The notes under the pieces: generated by a model | Databases searched by the model: none | What the model was told of the DNA's origin: nothing | Seen by the model: only the letters and a program-made list of their open reading frames with translations | In this document: piece after piece, positions 13,551-16,452 of the stretch | How the letters are laid out: each line of letters opens with the position of its first letter | Numbering within the stretch: the stretch's first letter is position 1 | Program-made: the position numbers and the translations under genes | From: Ostreococcus tauri | Lineage: Eukaryota | Assembly (NCBI GenBank): GCA_000214015.2 | Contig: CAID01000001.2 | Span: 775,461-791,912 of the forward strand | Reading direction: 5' to 3' | Length of the DNA stretch: 16,452 nucleotides

Positions 13551-14399
13551 TCATCCAAAACTCGGCATCGAGTCGAGGTTCGCCATCGGAGGATTCGACG
13601 CCGCACCGGGCAGCAGCAGTGTCTCCCCGGCGGCATCGATCGGTGGTTTCAATGCATTCTCAACCTTCGTTCTCGTTTTCTTGAACAGCGTGTCCACGGT
13701 GGAACAGATGGTCATCGGCGCCGCCGAGCTCGTCTGGTCCAGGCGCGTCGCCGTTGCCAGCGCACTTGTGTACGCTCCTGCGCTCGCGCGCATTGTTTCC
13801 AACTCCTCGTCCATATCCCCCTGAAGAAGATGTCCGAGCGCCTCGTGCATGGCCACGGTCTCGTCGAATTCTCTGAAAACCTCTGGCGTTCCCGAGCCCA
13901 TGCGACTCGCCGGGACGTTCGTCACGTCCCGCGTCCCGATCACGAACGCCTCCTCTCGCACCATTTTCGCCAACGCCAGCCCGACCCCGTGGACACCAAT
14001 CTCCAGGCACTCATCGCTGAGATCTGTCAACGCCTCTATCGCCTCCGGCGACGCGTACACCAAAACGTTTTCGCCCTCTAACTGCGTCTCTCTCAACGCG
14101 TACGTCGAGTACGCCCCCAACACGCGTTCCGCCAGCGTCTTCCCACATCGCGCGTACTTCATCGCGCAATCGTACGCGCACTGCACGTACGAGTTATACG
14201 TCTGCTGCGCCGGCTTCCCGAGGTGCACGTTGGAGAATCGACGTTCACGCCAGGCGATTTTAAAGGATTCAAACGAGAGCGCCTTCGCGTACGCCTCCGC
14301 GTCCTCCTTTCGTCGCTCGATCTCTCGCCCGTTGCGTTCGATAAACTCCATGACGTCAATCTCCACGCCTCGGACCTCGCGCTCGTGCGCGGTGCCCAT
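13551..14399 (-). CDS. snRNA-activating protein complex subunit 1 (SNAPC1/SNAP43)-like protein
   Basis: ATG 14399, TGA 13551-13553, 282 aa. It is colinear with the human SNAP43 N-terminal domain: FESFKIAWRERRFSNVHLGK (FEDFTELWRNMKFGTIFCGR), ERVLGAYSTYALRETQ (IRVGALYLLYGLYNTQ), LAKMVREEAFVIG (FRKLRLDRAFHF). Confidence 0.6.
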   Translation of the reverse strand: MGTAHEREVRGVEIDVMEFIERNGREIERRKEDAEAYAKALSFESFKIAWRERRFSNVHLGKPAQQTYNSYVQCAYDCAMKYARCGKTLAERVLGAYSTYALRETQLEGENVLVYASPEAIEALTDLSDECLEIGVHGVGLALAKMVREEAFVIGTRDVTNVPASRMGSGTPEVFREFDETVAMHEALGHLLQGDMDEELETMRASAGAYTSALATATRLDQTSSAAPMTICSTVDTLFKKTRTKVENALKPPIDAAGETLLLPGAASNPPMANLDSMPSFG

Positions 14400-14496
14400 T
14401 GTGAGCGGCGCGCGAAATAGTGACGATGTTGATTCTCGTTTACACGAGAGTCACTCGACGAATCGTTCGCGTCCGCACTCGTCGACGACGCGCGCG

Positions 14497-15693
14497 ATGG
14501 ACGCCGTCGTCGACCGAGTCCGACGCTCGGAGGCGTTCGCGTCGTTAAAGCGCGACGCTCGAGCGTTTGGAGCGTCGAGAGCGATGGAGATTCTCTCGGA
14601 TGCGAAAAGTTCGTCGTCGGCGCTCGACGCGGTTCGCACACTCGCGCACGACGCGTTACACGCGGGGAGGTGGAACGCGGTCGACGAGCGATGGCGAGCG
14701 GTGTACGCGATGAGCGCGATCGCGTGGACGGCGAAGAGTGGGACGAGAGGAGCGAAGGCGACGCGGGCGTTGGATTTGGCAGTCGTGCTCGGCGGCGAGA
14801 CGTTCGGCGACGACGCGCGCGCAGCGATCGAGGCGACGAGAGTGAAGGGTGACCGTGATATAAACGTCTTTTCTGGACGCTGGGACGTTGGGGTCGACGA
14901 AGCGGTCGCGGCGAGAGCGACGCGAGCGACGGGTGGGGTCGAGAGACGAGCGTACGCGAGGACTTCGATGGAGACGTTTTATCGCGAGTACATGGCCAAG
15001 CGAGACGATGCGAGCGAGAACGGGTGGAACGAACTCGGACGACCCGTCGTTCTCGAGGGATTGGCAACGCATTGGCCCGCGGTGGCGAAATGGCGCGACC
15101 GAGCGTATCTGGACGATGCCATCGGCGATCGAACGGTTCCTGTGGAGGTCGGCAAGACGTACGTTGACGAGCACTGGTCGCAGAAGCTCATGACTGTCAG
15201 AGAGTTCATGGATCAGTACCTCGGCGAGGGCGGCGAGCAGAGCGAACAAGGTAGAAATGTCGGGTACCTTGCCCAGCACGAACTCTTTGAGCAATGTCCG
15301 GAGCTCAAGCGTGACATAGAGACTCCGCTGTATTGCTCGCTCGGCTCTGGGGGGCCCTGCGCGGTCAACGCGTGGTTCGGGCCGGCGAACACCGAGTCGC
15401 CCGCCCACACTGATCCAAAGCACAACATACTGTGTCAAATTGTCGGCGTGAAACGCGTGCGGCTGTTCGCACCGAATCAGACGCCCCGTATGTACCCTCG
15501 AGAACCGCCGTCGAGCAACACGTCTCGCGTCGACGTGGACGCACCAGATCTCGAGCAGTTCCCACTCTTCGCAGACGCCGAGTTTGTGGACGCCGTGCTC
15601 ACACCTGGTGATGCAATTTATATCCCGCCCGAGTGGTGGCACCACGTCGTCGCCGACACGCCTTCTTTCAGCGTATCGTTTTGGTGGGACTGA
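14497..15693 (+). CDS. KDM8: JmjC-domain 2-oxoglutarate/Fe(II) oxygenase, JMJD5/KDM8 (plant JMJ30) homolog
   Basis: 14497 is the first ATG after the divergent gene; TGA 15691-15693; 398 aa. There is near-colinear identity to the human JMJD5 catalytic core: YLAQHELFEQCPELKRDIETPLYC ... VNAWFGPANTESPAHTDPKHNILCQIVGVKRVRLF ... NTSRVDVDAPDLEQFPLF ... LTPGDAIYIPPEWWHHV ... SFSVSFWW. The HxD...H iron triad is intact. The upstream part of track ORF 13849-15693 is antisense to the SNAPC1-like gene. Confidence 0.9.
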   Translation: MDAVVDRVRRSEAFASLKRDARAFGASRAMEILSDAKSSSSALDAVRTLAHDALHAGRWNAVDERWRAVYAMSAIAWTAKSGTRGAKATRALDLAVVLGGETFGDDARAAIEATRVKGDRDINVFSGRWDVGVDEAVAARATRATGGVERRAYARTSMETFYREYMAKRDDASENGWNELGRPVVLEGLATHWPAVAKWRDRAYLDDAIGDRTVPVEVGKTYVDEHWSQKLMTVREFMDQYLGEGGEQSEQGRNVGYLAQHELFEQCPELKRDIETPLYCSLGSGGPCAVNAWFGPANTESPAHTDPKHNILCQIVGVKRVRLFAPNQTPRMYPREPPSSNTSRVDVDAPDLEQFPLFADAEFVDAVLTPGDAIYIPPEWWHHVVADTPSFSVSFWWD

Positions 15694-15947
15694 GCTCGAA
15701 AAATCGTCTTCTGGCGTGCGCGTATGGCTTCGCCGCGCGCGTCGATCGTAGCCGTAGCGATCCGTTCGGACACTAGACCTTAGTTTCTTAGACCGTAGAC
15801 ATCACACACGTCGTCCGCGGTCCCGTCATCGCTCGCGCTCGTCGTCGTTCGCGCCTCGTACGTACTTCCCGCCCAAATTTAAATGTGCCGACGTGGACGC
15901 CTTCGGTCGACACTGCCTCGTCACAACGCGCCCCTTCCCCTATCCCG

Positions 15948-16452
15948 ATGACGCGCTCGCCCGCGAGACGGACCGATGTCGTCGTCGGCGCGACGTGCGC
16001 CCTCGCCCTCGCGTGCGCCGCCACCGCGAACGCGCGCGCGCTCGGGAGCGACGCGCGCGCGCCCAAGCTCGAGATCGCGCGTCCGCGCTCGATTGAAACC
16101 GTCGTGGATTCCAAAGCGTTGAACGCGTTCACGACCGAGCGACGCGGCGAGTACGTCATCTTACCCGGACACGACACGCGCGAACACGTGGTGTCGGCGC
16201 TCCCGAGCGCGTACGTCGACGCGGCGTCGCTTCCGGACGATTTTACCTGGTCGAACGTCAAGGGACATAACTTTTTGACGAAGTCTTTGAATCAGCACCT
16301 GCCGCAGTACTGCGGGTCGTGTTGGGCGCACGGTGCGATGAGCGCGCTGGCGGATCGGATTCAGATTGCGAGTGGTAAGAAGCGGCGACAAGACGTGAAC
16401 CTCGCGATTCAGTACATTCTGAACTGCGGAACGGAGGTTGCGGGCTCGTGCC
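15948..16452 (+). CDS. Cathepsin X/Z-like papain-family (C1A) cysteine protease, N-terminal fragment running off the right edge
   Basis: This ORF is not in the track because no stop codon is reached. I translated frame 3 from ATG 15948: [29 protein letters not shown] (signal peptide) ... [74 protein letters not shown]. Compare human cathepsin Z, [42 protein letters not shown]. The catalytic Cys lies in CGSCWAHG. Confidence 0.85.
   Translation, partial: [168 protein letters not shown]

Noticed and set aside
15774-15800. Clustered TAGACC/TAGAC repeats (tagacc, ttagacc, tagac) downstream of JMJD5, possibly a poly(A) signal.
   Set aside because: They are seen only at this one 3' end. The other 3' regions lack them, so I cannot support a general signal.
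1-16452. The idea that the chromatin, chromosome and transcription genes (SCC3, Mis14-like, La, PAF1, SNAPC1-like, JMJD5) form a functional cluster or novel system.
   Set aside because: They are interleaved with unrelated organellar and secretory genes (DUF4079, CBP3, glutaredoxin, GNAT, cathepsin). They act in different pathways, and eukaryotic housekeeping genes of this kind are numerous. I see no evidence beyond adjacency.
1-16452. A search for tRNA, rRNA or snoRNA genes and for transposon hallmarks (TIRs, LTRs, transposase or RT ORFs) in the spacers.
   Set aside because: The spacers are 55-407 bp. I found no T-loop-like GGTTCGAATCC strings, no cloverleaf-compatible segments, no long terminal repeats and no mobile-element ORFs. 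Small ncRNAs cannot be fully excluded without covariance-model scans.

Overview
This window is GC-rich, very compact eukaryotic nuclear DNA with no introns needed for any gene model. It is not prokaryotic. It most likely comes from a picoplanktonic green alga (Mamiellophyceae, Ostreococcus/Micromonas-like). That is an inference from plant-lineage genes (LSD1 zinc finger, DUF4079 membrane protein, CGFS glutaredoxin with a presequence, plastid-type GNAT), Arg/Ala-rich presequences and extreme gene packing. I call 14 protein-coding genes, two of them cut by the window edges, covering about 85% of the window by my own coordinates. In order they are: LSD1-like zinc finger (3' end), an unassigned organelle-targeted protein, cohesin SCC3/STAG, a Mis14/NSL1-like kinetochore protein, DUF4079, a membrane-anchored tandem Cu/Zn-SOD-like protein lacking most metal ligands, CBP3/UQCC1, a La protein with an RGG tail, PAF1, a CGFS glutaredoxin, a GNAT acetyltransferase, a SNAPC1/SNAP43-like protein, a JMJD5/KDM8 JmjC hydroxylase, and cathepsin X (5' end). 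I see no rRNA, tRNA, CRISPR array, transposon, operon or defence-island architecture, and I found no convincing new multi-gene system. Things worth a second look: (1) the degenerate double-SOD membrane protein; (2) perfect strand alternation over 13 consecutive genes, with very short ATG-to-ATG and stop-to-stop gaps; (3) structured elements in the divergent promoters, namely a 39-bp tandem duplication, a composite 27-bp palindrome with a second copy 60 bp away, a 15-bp double TGAsTCA palindrome, paired TTCnnGAA sites, and a TTTGAA dyad shared by the cohesin and kinetochore gene promoters; (4) an RGG repeat kept at the protein level but scrambled at synonymous sites. Many long ORFs in the supplied track are antisense shadows caused by GC bias, and I rejected them. 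All homology calls come from motif recognition by eye, not from searches.
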